DNA of 63,627 bases, the filler included, from Pirum gemmata (taxonomy: Eukaryota): assembly GCA_002812295.1 (NCBI GenBank). It is 19 parts of 19 records of this genome, joined end to end, with 100 filler letters (N's around TTAATTAATTAA, not from the genome) between each part and the next. Parts side by side here need not be neighbours in the genome. Positions count along the whole stretch, not along the records: positions 1 to 3,243 come from PDIN01003168.1; positions 3,344 to 6,568 come from PDIN01003169.1; positions 6,669 to 10,720 come from PDIN01003170.1; positions 10,821 to 13,981 come from PDIN01003171.1; 15 more parts are not named here. One strand, given 5' to 3'. The translations under genes were made by a program, and so were the position numbers. Under the pieces are notes generated by a model. That model ran no database searches. It was not told where the DNA came from and worked only from the letters and a program-made list of their open reading frames with translations. This document shows, in pieces, positions 1 through 11,306 of the stretch (its first letter is position 1; every line of letters starts with the position of its first letter).

Positions 1-197
1 TTGATGCCACCGTAAATTTTTATTTAACAAATACATTTATCAGTAACGAATTCCTTCAACAAATAAAACAACAACATCAATATCTTAATTAACACAACTA
101 CTGCTTGTTAGCTAGCTAGCTAGCTAGCTAGTAGTAGAGCAAGACTAGCTAGCTAGACCCACGCTACTTCTATTTTATCTTAGGGTACAACAAGAAT

Positions 198-381
198 GAC
201 CAATATTACTATAAAAATTATATTAATAGCTTTTTATAGTAATATTTAATAAGTAAATCTCTATTTTTTTTAAAAGTTTATACCTTCGGTTACGGTAAGA
301 TTCGAAAATCTGACCAATGTTACTATAAAAAGTATAATAATAGCTTTTTATAGTAATATTTAATAAGTAAATCTCTATTTT
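198..381. repeat. Direct duplication of a ~70-bp internally palindromic AT-rich unit
   Basis: tgaccaat(a/g)ttactataaaaa...ttttatagtaatatttaataagtaaatctctatttt at ~198-268 and ~311-381. Confidence 0.8.
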
Positions 382-622
382 AGTTAATATCATGGCTTAT
401 TTCAAAAAAAAAGGTACTCACTCCTCTTGTATCCTAAGGGATGTCACCCCCCTCCTCAGGAAATGTCTAGCAACATTTGTAATATACATTTATAAATGCT
501 TATTATTGGATGATTGAATTAATTTTAAAATTCGTATAGGCAAATAAAATAATGGTTTGCCGATCAAACGTCTCTTTTTAAGCCAATACTACAACGCTTT
601 TTTTTTTAATCTACCCAGTATT

Positions 623-837
623 AGACTTCTCCGAATTCTGCCCGGGCAGAATTTGGCCTTTTTCGAGAAATGGCAGAATGGTGTTTTTCCTCTCTACTAT
701 AAAATAAAGCTCGGAATTTTCAAACCTATGTATTTATTAATAAACTCGAAAGTTAATTTCGAACAGGCCAAACGGACCAGAAATTCTGCTCGGCAGAAGC
801 AGAAAGTCGAGTTTTAGGGGCAGAATTCGGAGAAGCT
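623..837. mobile_element. MITE, diverged member of the CTCTCCCAATTCTGC-TIR family
   Basis: 18-bp perfect TIR CTTCTCCGAATTCTGCCC/GGGCAGAATTCGGAGAAG, flanked by the direct repeat ctacccagtatt (611-622, 836-847). Confidence 0.75.
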
Positions 838-1267
838 ACCCAGTATTGGCACCGTAACAACTATTGTAACCTCGCCAATCGCCAATGATTCGCCATAGGG
901 CTGTAACTAGTTCGCTGTAGCATGTTTCATCTTGCCCGTTCTGAACATTTGAAGTGGTAGTCTATGTTAGTCAGTCTACGACTGGAACTTCTGGAAGACG
1001 AGTGGAATACTTTTTTTTGGAATAATTTTTTAAGAACATCATTGGTGCTATGAAAAAATGATCGGCGAATAAACTGGCCCGTTCGAAAAAGAGAAATAAT
1101 TTGAATTCCAGTGAATTTCACTTAGGAATTTCACTATAGGTGAATTTCAATTTTCAACTAGTTTTTCAACTGAACTTTTTCCAAAGACTCACCCTAGCTA
1201 GCTAGCTAGAGTCTAGCTAGCTAGCTAACCTACTAGCTAGTGTCTTCTACTACCCCTCTACTACTTA

Positions 1268-1401
1268 GGGAGCATGTAACTCCAATTTCCGGTCAAATAC
1301 AGCTTCAAATACCCCTACCTACCTTCCCCTCGACGTTAATTTCCGGTCAAATGCCACCTACCCACCTACCCCTTGACGTGACGTATTATTTGAATGCCCT
1401 C
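1268..1401 (+). mobile_element. PIF/Harbinger-type MITE family A, copy with damaged left end
   Basis: Family core tttccggtcaaatacagcttcaaatacccctacc...ccttgacgtgacgtattatttgaatg, flanked by TTA on both sides. Confidence 0.8.
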
Positions 1402-2018
1402 TTAGCTAGCCTACTACTACTACAAGCTAGCTAGCTAGCTAGAGACTTTTGAAGCTTTTGAAGAGCTATTCATTTATCGAATAAACTAATAAATAGACGG
1501 TCTATAATAATGTTATTATGTACACGGGAAAATTATCAAAAAATCAACCTTCTGTAAATTATCAATCGTATTATGAAGACATGGAAAATTTATGTATGTC
1601 ATACGAAATTTGATTTTGTAATACAATTTTTGAAAACAGTCTATAGACTCTATGTCATAGAATGGATATACACACGATACACTAGTTTAATTTTAACTAA
1701 CCCTAACAACCCTAACCCTAACTACTAGTTAGCTAGGAGTTATTCTAGCTAGCTAGCCTACTACTAGCTATCAATAGCCAGCTAGAGCTTGCTAGTAGAG
1801 CTAGCCAACCTATCATAGCCCACTACTGCTAGACTAGTAGCTAGGCTCTGACTAACTATGATACTTTAGTTCTAGTACTTTAGTTTAGGCTCTACTAGCA
1901 AGTAGCTAGTAGTGCCTGCTCTACCTGCCACTACTACCGGTACAGTTACTAGTTATCATAGCTAGACCCCCCTCTAGTAGTAGTCTATAGCTAGCTAGAC
2001 ATGTTATTGTTATTGTTA

Positions 2019-2202
2019 TCGTGCCTTTCATTTCTTTTGTCACTCTGAATATTTATTTGGAGGGCTATAATCTTTAAATTGACATTTTTAAATAAACAGA
2101 TAGATAATGAAGTATGCCAAATTAAATTAAATGGATTTATATTGTATTAATTTGGTACTATTTATTGTATATTTTATGATGACAAAACAACTGAAAAGCA
2201 CT
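2019..2202 (+). mobile_element. MITE with TCGTGCTTTTCA...TGAAAAGCAC(G/T)A termini in TA context; other copies ~31749-31953, partial ~26900-27007 and ~47750-47903 (minus)
   Basis: The TIR and the shared internal sequence (gtcactct.aatatttatttggaggg.tataat.tttaaattgacatt) recur in four contigs. Confidence 0.8.
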
Positions 2203-2847
2203 ATATTGTTATTGTTATTGTTATTGTTATTGTTATTGTTATTGTTATTGTTATTGTTATTGTTATTGTTATTGTTATTGTTATTGTTATTGTTATTGTT
2301 ATTGTTATTGTTATNGTTGTTGTTATTGTTATTGTTATTGTCAATCATTGTTATTGTTATTGTTATTGTTATTGTTATTGGTATTGTTATTGTTATTGTT
2401 ATTGTTATTGTTTTGGTTTTTGTTATCATTGTTATTGTTATTGTTATTGTTATTGTTATTGTTATTGTTGTTAGTGTTATTGTTATTGGTATATATGGTT
2501 ATGGCTATGGTTATGGTTATGGTTATGGTTAAGGTTATGGTTATGGTTATGGAGTTGTTATGGTTATTGTGTATAAAAATAATAATACTATAAATATATT
2601 GTAAAGTATAAAAAAAAAAAATATTAATAATAATAAAAAAGGAAAAGGAAAAAGAAAAAGAAAAAACCGAACCAAAAAAAAGTATAAAGCTTATCCTTTC
2701 CAAAAAAAAATAACAGTAATAACAATAATTATTTTTTTATAATTTTTTTATACATTTTTATTTATTTCTTATATTTATTTTTATTGAAACACTAATAAAT
2801 AAATTCAGAAAGCAACTATAATATAGTAAACATTAATAGTAATAAAG

Positions 2848-3243
2848 ATGGATCCCGTTCAATTAGTACAAAAACTTGAAAATCTAATAAATGGTGATAA
2901 TGATTATAACTTTGATGATAACAGCGTTAATATAACTTCATACAATGTGGAGGAACAACAAGAAATGGATAATATTCTAGAAAGTTTTGAACAATTCCAA
3001 AAGAATGATAATAACTTTTTGACTGAAAGTTCATTTTTAACCGATACTTTTTCGAATTCTCTTGATACCGATACTTTTTCGAATTCTCTTGATACCGATA
3101 CTTTTTCTCTTGATAGTTTCGATAGTTTGGTGACCGAGTTGAATGGAAGTGAAAACAACAACAATGATAATAACAATATTAATGACAGCAACAGTACTAG
3201 TGAAAGTGATAATTATAATAATAATAATAGTAATAATAATAAT
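2848..3243 (+). CDS. 5' fragment of a hypothetical acidic, Asn-rich protein, truncated by the contig end
   Basis: ATG-initiated ORF with coding-like composition, a 27-nt tandem repeat (DTDTFSNSL) and poly-N. No domain recognised. Confidence 0.5.
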
Positions 3244-4149
3244 NNNNNNNNNNNNNNNNNNNNNNNNNNNNNNNNNNNNNNNNNNNNTTAATTAATTAAN
3301 NNNNNNNNNNNNNNNNNNNNNNNNNNNNNNNNNNNNNNNNNNNTAATAATAATAGCCAATAATAATAATAATAATTATAATTATAATTAGTATTAATAAT
3401 AATAATATATAATAATAATAAACTTTTGCATGAACGACTTATAGGCAACACACTTTAAAAATGGAAAACATCTTTGAAAAATGGGTAACATCTTTCAAAA
3501 AGAGACGAATAGCATCAAAATCATCATCGGACATTGCTATTTGTATATCATTGTTATTTATGTATAAATTTATATTTATATAATCTTAACCGGTAATTAT
3601 AATAATAATATTAACAAAATATAAAATAATAATAATAATGCTACTGCTACTACTACCAGCTAGAATAAGCAAATATTTGGTCAAACTTAAAAACCTAAAA
3701 AACTATGACATCACATAACATGGGATTCCTATGATTAATAATTAATATTTCTCGAATCACAGAAAGCGAAAACCAACCCCTTGCGAAAATCACCATCAGA
3801 AGTTAATTCGAAAGTTTCGAACTAGCCTAGATTCGATGGTTTTTCCAGCATCTCCCATTACAAGCCTTCTAGTCTACTGATAATGTTTCCGTTCTTTATT
3901 GTTAAAGTGTAGGATATAATTTTTGTCAGCCTCAGATTGTTCAGTTTTTGAGGGTACGAATATACTCTGCAATCTATGTCGTGTTGTCAAAAAACTATCA
4001 TAACAGTAAGTGACCGAGTTTTCGAGTGGTCATTCTGTAAGCTTTGTTTTAATAACTTTGTTTTAATAACAAAAGAGTTAATTAAAATAGAGCTAAACAA
4101 CTGCTAAACAGCCCGTAGCTCTTGTGGTTATTTATGAATTATAGAGCAA

Positions 4150-4182
4150 GGACCGAAAGACCCACATCTGGTTCCATATATA
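4150..4182 (+). repeat. Dispersed ~33-bp motif GGACCGAAAGACCCACATCTGGTTCCATATA, probable transposon end
   Basis: Further copies near 15993-16026 (-), 22220-22248 (-), 38838-38872 (-), 41315-41340 (+) and 59374-59392 (-), usually abutting TA-rich or (TA)n sequence. Confidence 0.7.
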
Positions 4183-5221
4183 TATTATATACATATATAT
4201 TATGAATAAATAAATGTCCCCAATTTTTTTGTATAGGTATTTTTTAAAAAAATCAAAACCACACCAATAGTCAAGGGTTAGGGTTAGAGGTTAACACTAC
4301 ATATAGCAGTAACCAGTTAAGTTAAAGTGACACCTACTTAAAGTATAATTAATGTAGTGGAATGTGTTTTGTTATTACATATGGTTGTATGTATTTTGTT
4401 GTTATGTAAATTGTTGGGTGTGTTTTGTTGCTATACATTAAGTATCACATTGTAGGACCACTCCGCCAGAGCTCTATTCCGATTATACCTTATCCAACCC
4501 TATTACACTCATCACCTTCCTTTAACCATAACTTGTAATTTCTACAATTAAAAGAAAGACGAATATAAATACTAAAGGGGCAAAAGTATACAATACAATG
4601 CATTATGTGTAAGTGTTTTGTTAGTCTCTTTTATGGTTCGGTTTTGGGATAAAACGTTGCGGAAATTGCGATCTGGTAGGGTAAAGGTTCTGTCTCTAAC
4701 CTATTTTAAAAGTCATGCTTGTTTCAAAAGGACTCCAAAACAAAACACACCTTTCAACTTTCAAAATAGCAATCTAATTTAACGAATGGTTGCTTTTGTG
4801 GTTGTTTTTGTTTTTGTGTTTGTTTTTGTGTTTGTTTTTGTGATTGTTTTTGTGATAGTTTTTGTGATTTTGGTTGTGGTTGTGGTTGTGTTGTGGTTGT
4901 GGTTATGGTTGTGGTTATGGTCATAGTTGTGGTTGTGGTTGTGGTTGTGGTTGTGGTTGTGGTTGTGGTTCTTGTTTTTAACAGAAACTATTCTTTCTCC
5001 TGATTTTGTGATTTCACAATTAATTCATTATGTCTTGTTGGTTTTTCTTCTGCTAAATACGAAAGTACTATAGTACTTATCTTTATTAAGTGCTGAGGTT
5101 GGAGATCCATTACTTTTAAACGTCCCACGCCCTCCAAATCATAAGTATGAAACTTCTTATGTTGTAGACCTTCACGCCTATCAATAAAATAATAATAATA
5201 ATATAATAATAATGATAATAA

Positions 5222-5264
<43 letters not shown>

Positions 5265-5265
5265 G

Positions 5266-5299
<34 letters not shown>

Positions 5300-5524
5300 C
5301 AATAATGATAATAATGATAATAATGATAATAATGATAATAATAATATATATTTTTGGTTGGCTGGTTGATTATTTCTTTTTTATTTAAGATTGAGATTGA
5401 GATTGAGATTGAGATTGAGATTGAGATTGAGATTGTTATTGATATTTTTATTGTTTTTATTGTTACTTTTATTGTTATTGTTATTGTTGTTTTAATGTTA
5501 CTTTTATTTTTATTTTTATTTTTA

Positions 5525-5555
<31 letters not shown>

Positions 5556-6863
5556 TTTATTGAAGTTGATATTGTTATTGTTATTGTTATTGTTATTGTT
5601 ATTGATATTGCTATTGCTATTGATATTGATATTGATATTGTTGTTGTTATTGATATTTTTATAGCTATTATTGTTACTTTTATTGTTACTTTTATTGTTA
5701 TTTTAATGTTATTTTTATTTTTGTTATTTTTATTGTTATTTTTATTGTTATTTTTATTAATATTGATATTGATATTGTTATTGTTATTGTTATTGTTATT
5801 GATATTGATATTAGTATTAGTATTGTTATTGTTATTGATATTTTTATTGTTATTATTGTTACTTTTATTGTTATTGTTATTGTTATTTTAATGTTATTTT
5901 TATTTTTATTATTATTATTATTATTGTGATTTTTATTGATATTTTTATTGATATTGATATTGATATTGATATTGGTATTGTTATTGATATTGATATTCAT
6001 ATTATTATTGATATTGATATTTTTATTGTTATTATTGTTACTTTTGTTGTTATTGTTATTGTTATTTTAATGTTATTTTTATTTTCATTTTCATTTTTAT
6101 TGTTATTGTTATTATTTTTATTTTTATTGATATTGATATTGTTATTGTTATTGATATTGTTATTGATATTGTTATTGATATTTTTATTGATATTTTTATT
6201 GATATTGTTATTGATATTGATATTGTTATTGATATTATTATTGATATTTTTATTGTAAGTTTTATTTTTATTGTTATTTTTATTGTTATTTTTATTGTTA
6301 TTTTTATTTTTATTGTCATTGTAATCGTTATTGTTATTGTTATTGTTATTTTTATTTTTATTTCATTGTTTTTGTTATTGTTATTGTTATTGTTATTGTT
6401 GTTATTGAAATGATTTTATTTTTTTAAAAATTTTATTATTTGATTATTAAAGTTTCTAAATTTAAACCTAAACCAAAACGTAACCCCAAACCCTTAAACC
6501 CTCAAACCCTCAAATCCCAGCCTCAACCCCCCAACCCCCCAACCCCCTAACCCTCAAACCCCAGCCCCNNNNNNNNNNNNNNNNNNNNNNNNNNNNNNNN
6601 NNNNNNNNNNNNTTAATTAATTAANNNNNNNNNNNNNNNNNNNNNNNNNNNNNNNNNNNNNNNNNNNNAAAAAAAATTTCAAAAAAAAAAAAATATATAA
6701 ATAGACTCTTTCAGTCTCTTTCTTTGTTTTTTCAAAGGAGGGTTTTTTTTACTTTGTTTCCCATTGTTTTTCACAGCCACCTAAAGACAGTGGTAGTGTG
6801 TTTTTCAAGAATATTTTTTCCTTATCTTGTTTTTCAAGAATATTTTTTTCCTTATTAGCTTAA

Positions 6864-7135
<272 letters not shown>

Positions 7136-7505
7136 TAGATCTCCGCAGCTTACAAGAAATAAACCACCCTCAATTGTAACATTCTACCTGGTCACAAGCA
7201 ATGATACTGTGCCAGTCAACGAAATAATACCAGATGATCAAAATTACAAAACCCTTGATGAAGCGAAAACAATGGTAAGGTTAGGTATAAAAGCCTACTT
7301 CATGGAGCTGGAGCTGCACAAGCTTGCCCACGTAACTACCCTGTTCAATCGGATGAAGGAAGGAGTGGAGTATTCTTATATCATATTATAAGTAACATCT
7401 CGAGAAAATCTAAAACGTTTCTGAATAGTGTTTTTGCTTGGTTTTGAAGTAACCAGGGATACGTACGATGAGTTAAGAAAACTAGTTTTCCAAAATGAAA
7501 ACAAG

Positions 7506-7602
7506 TTTAGGGTTAGGGTTAGGGTTAGGGTTAGGGTTAGGGTTAGGGTTAGGGTTAGGGTTAGGGTTAGGGTTAGGGTTAGGTTAGGGTTAGGGGTTAG
7601 GG
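7506..7602 (+). repeat. Interstitial telomere-type (TTAGGG)n; other tracts at ~21209-21276 (-), 42490-42600 (-), 47090-47143 (-), 54056-54107 (+)
   Basis: Direct reading. Most tracts have unique sequence on both sides. Confidence 0.9.
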
Positions 7603-7763
7603 CCTCATTTCGTTCCTCGGGGTGAAAAACGACGTCACACTAGTAAGATTATTAATTAAAATTACCTTGCTACTAGCTAGACTACTACTAGTTAGCTAGC
7701 TAGAGTGGAGTAGAGACTACTATCATATCGATAGCTAGCTAGTAGAATTAGAACAATAGGTTA

Positions 7764-7906
7764 GGACCATTCAAATAATACGTAACGTGAAGGGGTAGGT
7801 AGGTAGTCGGTATTTGACCGGAAATTAACGTCAAGGGGTAGGTAGGTAGGGTATTTGAAGCTGTACTTGACCGGAAATTGGCGTTACGTAGTATGTGAAC
7901 GCTCCC
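7764..7906 (-). mobile_element. PIF/Harbinger-type MITE family A
   Basis: TIR GGACCATTCAAATAATACGT...ACGTAGTATGTGAACGCTCCC with TTA TSD. Confidence 0.85.
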
Positions 7907-8591
7907 TTAGCACATTCAGTGCTCATTCAGTAGACTATTCTTTACATTTTTTCCCCCTTTTTTGCAGTTTTTTTGCTCGGCATAAAAAAATGGAGATCAA
8001 ACCTAGCCAGACTAGACTATAATAAAAAACTCGAAACCAGGTTGGGAAAACAATTAAAATGATATTTTCGGAGAAAATAGACTCTAACAAGTTCTCTAAC
8101 ATTATCCAAAAAAAGATTTTTTGAGCCAATTTAGACTAGATCATTTTTTTTGAAAATCTCTACATTTTATTAATTGTTTCTGTACGTACTACACAGAAAA
8201 ATAAAACAGTACAAAATAAACCTTTAAAATGACCCGAAACCGCATGGAATTTCGCCAAATGCACTTCGCATTCGCAATGATTTTTAAAAAAAACTAGATT
8301 AGTCTAGTAGTCTACCTCTTGATTGGGTAGAGAAAGCCTCAAGGCCCGGGAGTCAAGGGGAGATGCGCAAGTTATTTTTTCGGGTATTAAAGTTTTGGAC
8401 GTTCTGAATTATTTGAAAGATCATCCAAATCCTAAAATTCGGAAATCCCTACGTGACTGTTAAAAACAAGTAAAAAAAAAAAAAAAATGTATATATAGGT
8501 TTGAAAAAAAAAAAAAAAAAAAAAAAAAAATGAATATATAGGTTTGAAAAAAAAAAAAAAAAATAAAATAAATTAATTTTTAAATATACAA

Positions 8592-8749
8592 ATGAGTATT
8601 GTTAACATAGAGCAGGGGATGTTAAGAATGGTCGCCCTGTAATACTTGTTGACAATATTGATAGAGAAAATGAAGGAGACTTTGTTATTCCTGCTGAAAT
8701 TATTACGGCCCAACTATTAAATTTATAAGTAACTCACGGCCATGGAGCC
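8592..8749 (+). pseudogene. RIB3: N-terminal fragment of 3,4-dihydroxy-2-butanone-4-phosphate synthase (RibB/RIB3)
   Basis: MSIVNIEQG/DVKNGRPVILVDNIDRENEGDFVIPAEIITAQLLNL*VTHGHG contains the DRENEGD signature. Frameshift near 8617, in-frame TAA at 8726-8728, and similarity ends near 8750. Confidence 0.85.
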
Positions 8750-9536
8750 TCAAATGTGTTGTTTTTAACATTTGGGGTATTGGCTCTATTTAAACGAATC
8801 AAAAGCAGGAATTATGCGCATGACAAACTGTATAGAAAATCCACTAATTGTTTTTTGATTTTAAATACATGAGTATGTTTAATTAGTTAATTAAAACGAC
8901 ATGTCAACAACTTTTTAATTATAAAATTAATTTTGCAAGATTTGCAAGTAATAAAATGTGGGGGGTGACAAATGGAATTTGCAAAAAAAAATATAATTTT
9001 AGTCTAAATCACCCCAAATCGACTACAGGCCACAGGTGGATTTTGGCTATAATTTTTACGAAATTAACAAAAAAATATTTAATAGTCTACAGAACAACAC
9101 ACAACACATAAGCTCGAAACTTCATGATCGAAAAAAATCAAGCTAAAAACCTTTGTAATGATGTGAAATTTGGAACGAGCTCCCTCATCACCAAAAAAGT
9201 GATGGGTATTTTTTCCCTAAATTACAATTTTTTGGGTTGCTACAGACTGTATTTTTTCTACCCGGGGGGAATATGTCACTAAACCCTAGGGGTTACACCA
9301 TGATTTAAACAATTGTTAATTAATCAACGACCAATCATGCAATTGACATAAAACTTATATCAATATAAACCTCTTGATATACAACACAACAATACATCAA
9401 TTAATTGGTAATTAAAGTTTTAAATTTTTAAACCCCCAAACACACTACGAGCCTCTTTAGAGAACTAACTGTTAAAAAACTAATCAGTATTCTATTAGAA
9501 TATGCTATAAGAAAAAACGAGAATACGTGGGTAAAT

Positions 9537-9616
9537 GGATTACCTGATAGCTCAGTGGTCAAGAGCAAACTCCCGGAGAGAGTTGGTCGTGGGTTCGATT
9601 CCCGCTCAGTGATCCA
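9537..9616 (+). tRNA. tRNA-like sequence (nominal anticodon GGA) inside LTR1; probably not a functional tRNA
   Basis: D arm GCTC/GAGC, anticodon arm AACTC-CCGGAGA-GAGTT, 4-nt variable loop, T arm GTGGG-TTCGATT-CCCGC, and A and B boxes present. Atypical features: C at position 33, bulged 10-bp acceptor stem, and no Ser-type long variable arm. Confidence 0.75.
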
Positions 9617-9794
9617 TTTTCCAACACACGTAAAAATGAGAAATGAGATAATCTATTACGTTATCAGCACTATGACTCTGCCCACCTTGTCCCCGACACT
9701 TCCCTGAACCAGCTAGGCCTAGAGAAGAGGCCTAGATGGATATGGTGTTGTAATAGAATATGCTATAAGAAAAAACGAGAATACGTGGGAAAAT

Positions 9795-9874
9795 GGATTA
9801 CCTGATAGCTCAGTGGTCAAGAGCAAACTCCCGGAGAGAGTTGGTCGTTGGTTCGATTCCCGCTCAGTGATCCA
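9795..9874 (+). tRNA. Second tRNA-like copy inside LTR2
   Basis: Identical to 9537-9616 except for one G>T change in the T stem. Confidence 0.75.
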
Positions 9875-10309
9875 TTTTCCAACACACGTAAAAATGAGAA
9901 ATGAGATAATCTATTAGACTGATGTTAAGTTCATGCATGAAAAATCTGTAGGCTCTTTAATACCAAAGGATAAACTGGTTGCATTCTTGGAGGGAAAAAT
10001 ATACCCTAAAACTATGGAACCCTACTCCCCGATTATTACTGAAGCTTTACTTAAGGCGGTAAATGTTAATTAAGAGAAGAGAAGTACCTTCATACTTCAC
10101 TAATGTGAGTTTTAAACCGATGTGTCTGAAAAGTTGGTTACTCCATGTGCCTTTGACTAAGAAAGGAATAAAAATCTTTCTCACAAAAAAGCATAACAAT
10201 TAGTATTGCAAGGGAAAAGACAGAATTATATATAAACTTCAAATTTTCTTTCCTTCTTGTTGTCACACTATAAATATCTTACATTACAAAGAGAAAGAGA
10301 TAATAGAAG

Positions 10310-10487
10310 TAATAGAATACTGATAAGTTTAAGCATTACATCATTTGTTCTTCTCATATTATTTTTCTCACATCATTTTCCCTTATCATATTATTGTCGT
10401 ACGTCATTTTGTCCTTCTCATCATGCGCAATTTCAAAGAGGTTTTTTTTTTTTTTAAAAAAAAAAAAAACTTATCAGTATTCTATTA
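10310..10487. mobile_element. 178-bp element with perfect 21-bp TIRs and 5-bp TSD
   Basis: TAATAGAATACTGATAAGTTT (10310-10330) and AAACTTATCAGTATTCTATTA (10467-10487), with AGAAG on both sides (10305-10309, 10488-10492). Confidence 0.9.
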
Positions 10488-11080
10488 AGAAGAGAAAAAC
10501 ATACCTTGAAATTTTATTCATGGATTCCACGCTCATATAGGAAAGACTTTGCTACAGTTTATGTTCTCATAGAGTAAATTATTGAAGTAGAAAGGGTGAA
10601 GAAATTAATTATCGAAATTGATGAGTATTAATATTGGAAGGGGAATTATAATGAATACAAGGTGACGTACAGCAACAACAACAACAACAACTTCAACAAC
10701 AACAACAACAACAACAACAANNNNNNNNNNNNNNNNNNNNNNNNNNNNNNNNNNNNNNNNNNNNTTAATTAATTAANNNNNNNNNNNNNNNNNNNNNNNN
10801 NNNNNNNNNNNNNNNNNNNNATAACAATAACAATAACAATAACAATAACAATAACAATATCATTAACAATAACAATAACAATAACAATAACAATAACAAT
10901 AAACACCAGCCATCTGTAGTGGTCATTTAACAATGGTTAAATATTTTATTAATTTAATTAAAGTACGGACCAACAGTTCAAAAAGAAAAAAAAGGCTAGC
11001 ACAAAAGGTGAATGATTTTTCTCACGACCTCTTCCAGTTTATTCAACAAAGAAAAAAAAAAACTTATTATTTAACAGTCA

Positions 11081-11306
11081 AGCCGGATAAAACTGTAGAA
11101 ATCTTTCTTTTTTTAGACCTCTTTTATAAAACATTTAAATACTAACTAGCCAAATTGATTTTAGAAACTAGCCATTTGTTCATAATAGAGTTCTCTAGCA
11201 TCGGCGATTACTCATAATTTGGTATTACTTTTATCAAAATTGGATCATTTTGAAATTTTTTGGATTTTTGAGCTCATATGGCGGATGTCGCCATTTTTAT
11301 CCGGCT
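11081..11306 (+). mobile_element. MITE with AGCCGGATAAAA TIR; second copy 26191-26405, fragment ~45352-45480 (minus)
   Basis: 12-bp TIR and collinear internal sequence in the two full copies. Confidence 0.85.

Larger units (their letters stand above)
9493..9916 (+). mobile_element. TRIM-like miniature LTR retroelement (LTRs 9493-9658 and 9751-9916, 92-bp internal region)
   Basis: Two 166-bp direct repeats with 3 mismatches and terminal inverted repeat TAATAGA...TCTATTA. PBS-like CGTTATCAGCAC follows LTR1 immediately. A purine tract AGAGAAGAGG lies 20 nt before LTR2. No TSD is visible. Confidence 0.7.

Noticed and set aside
3288..3299. Regularly spaced TTAATTAATTAA palindromes as a biological repeat or array
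   Set aside because: Always embedded in fixed-length N runs, so this is an assembly spacer with six-frame stops.
2127..6319. Long poly-L/I/N/V ORFs, also at 19700-20360, 41500-42270, 43960-44850 and 62600-63600
   Set aside because: Translations of tri- and hexanucleotide microsatellites with no unique coding content.
9537..9874. Two genuine tRNA-Ser(GGA) genes
   Set aside because: No U33, no long variable arm, bulged acceptor stem, an anticodon atypical for eukaryotes, and embedded in longer LTR-like repeats.
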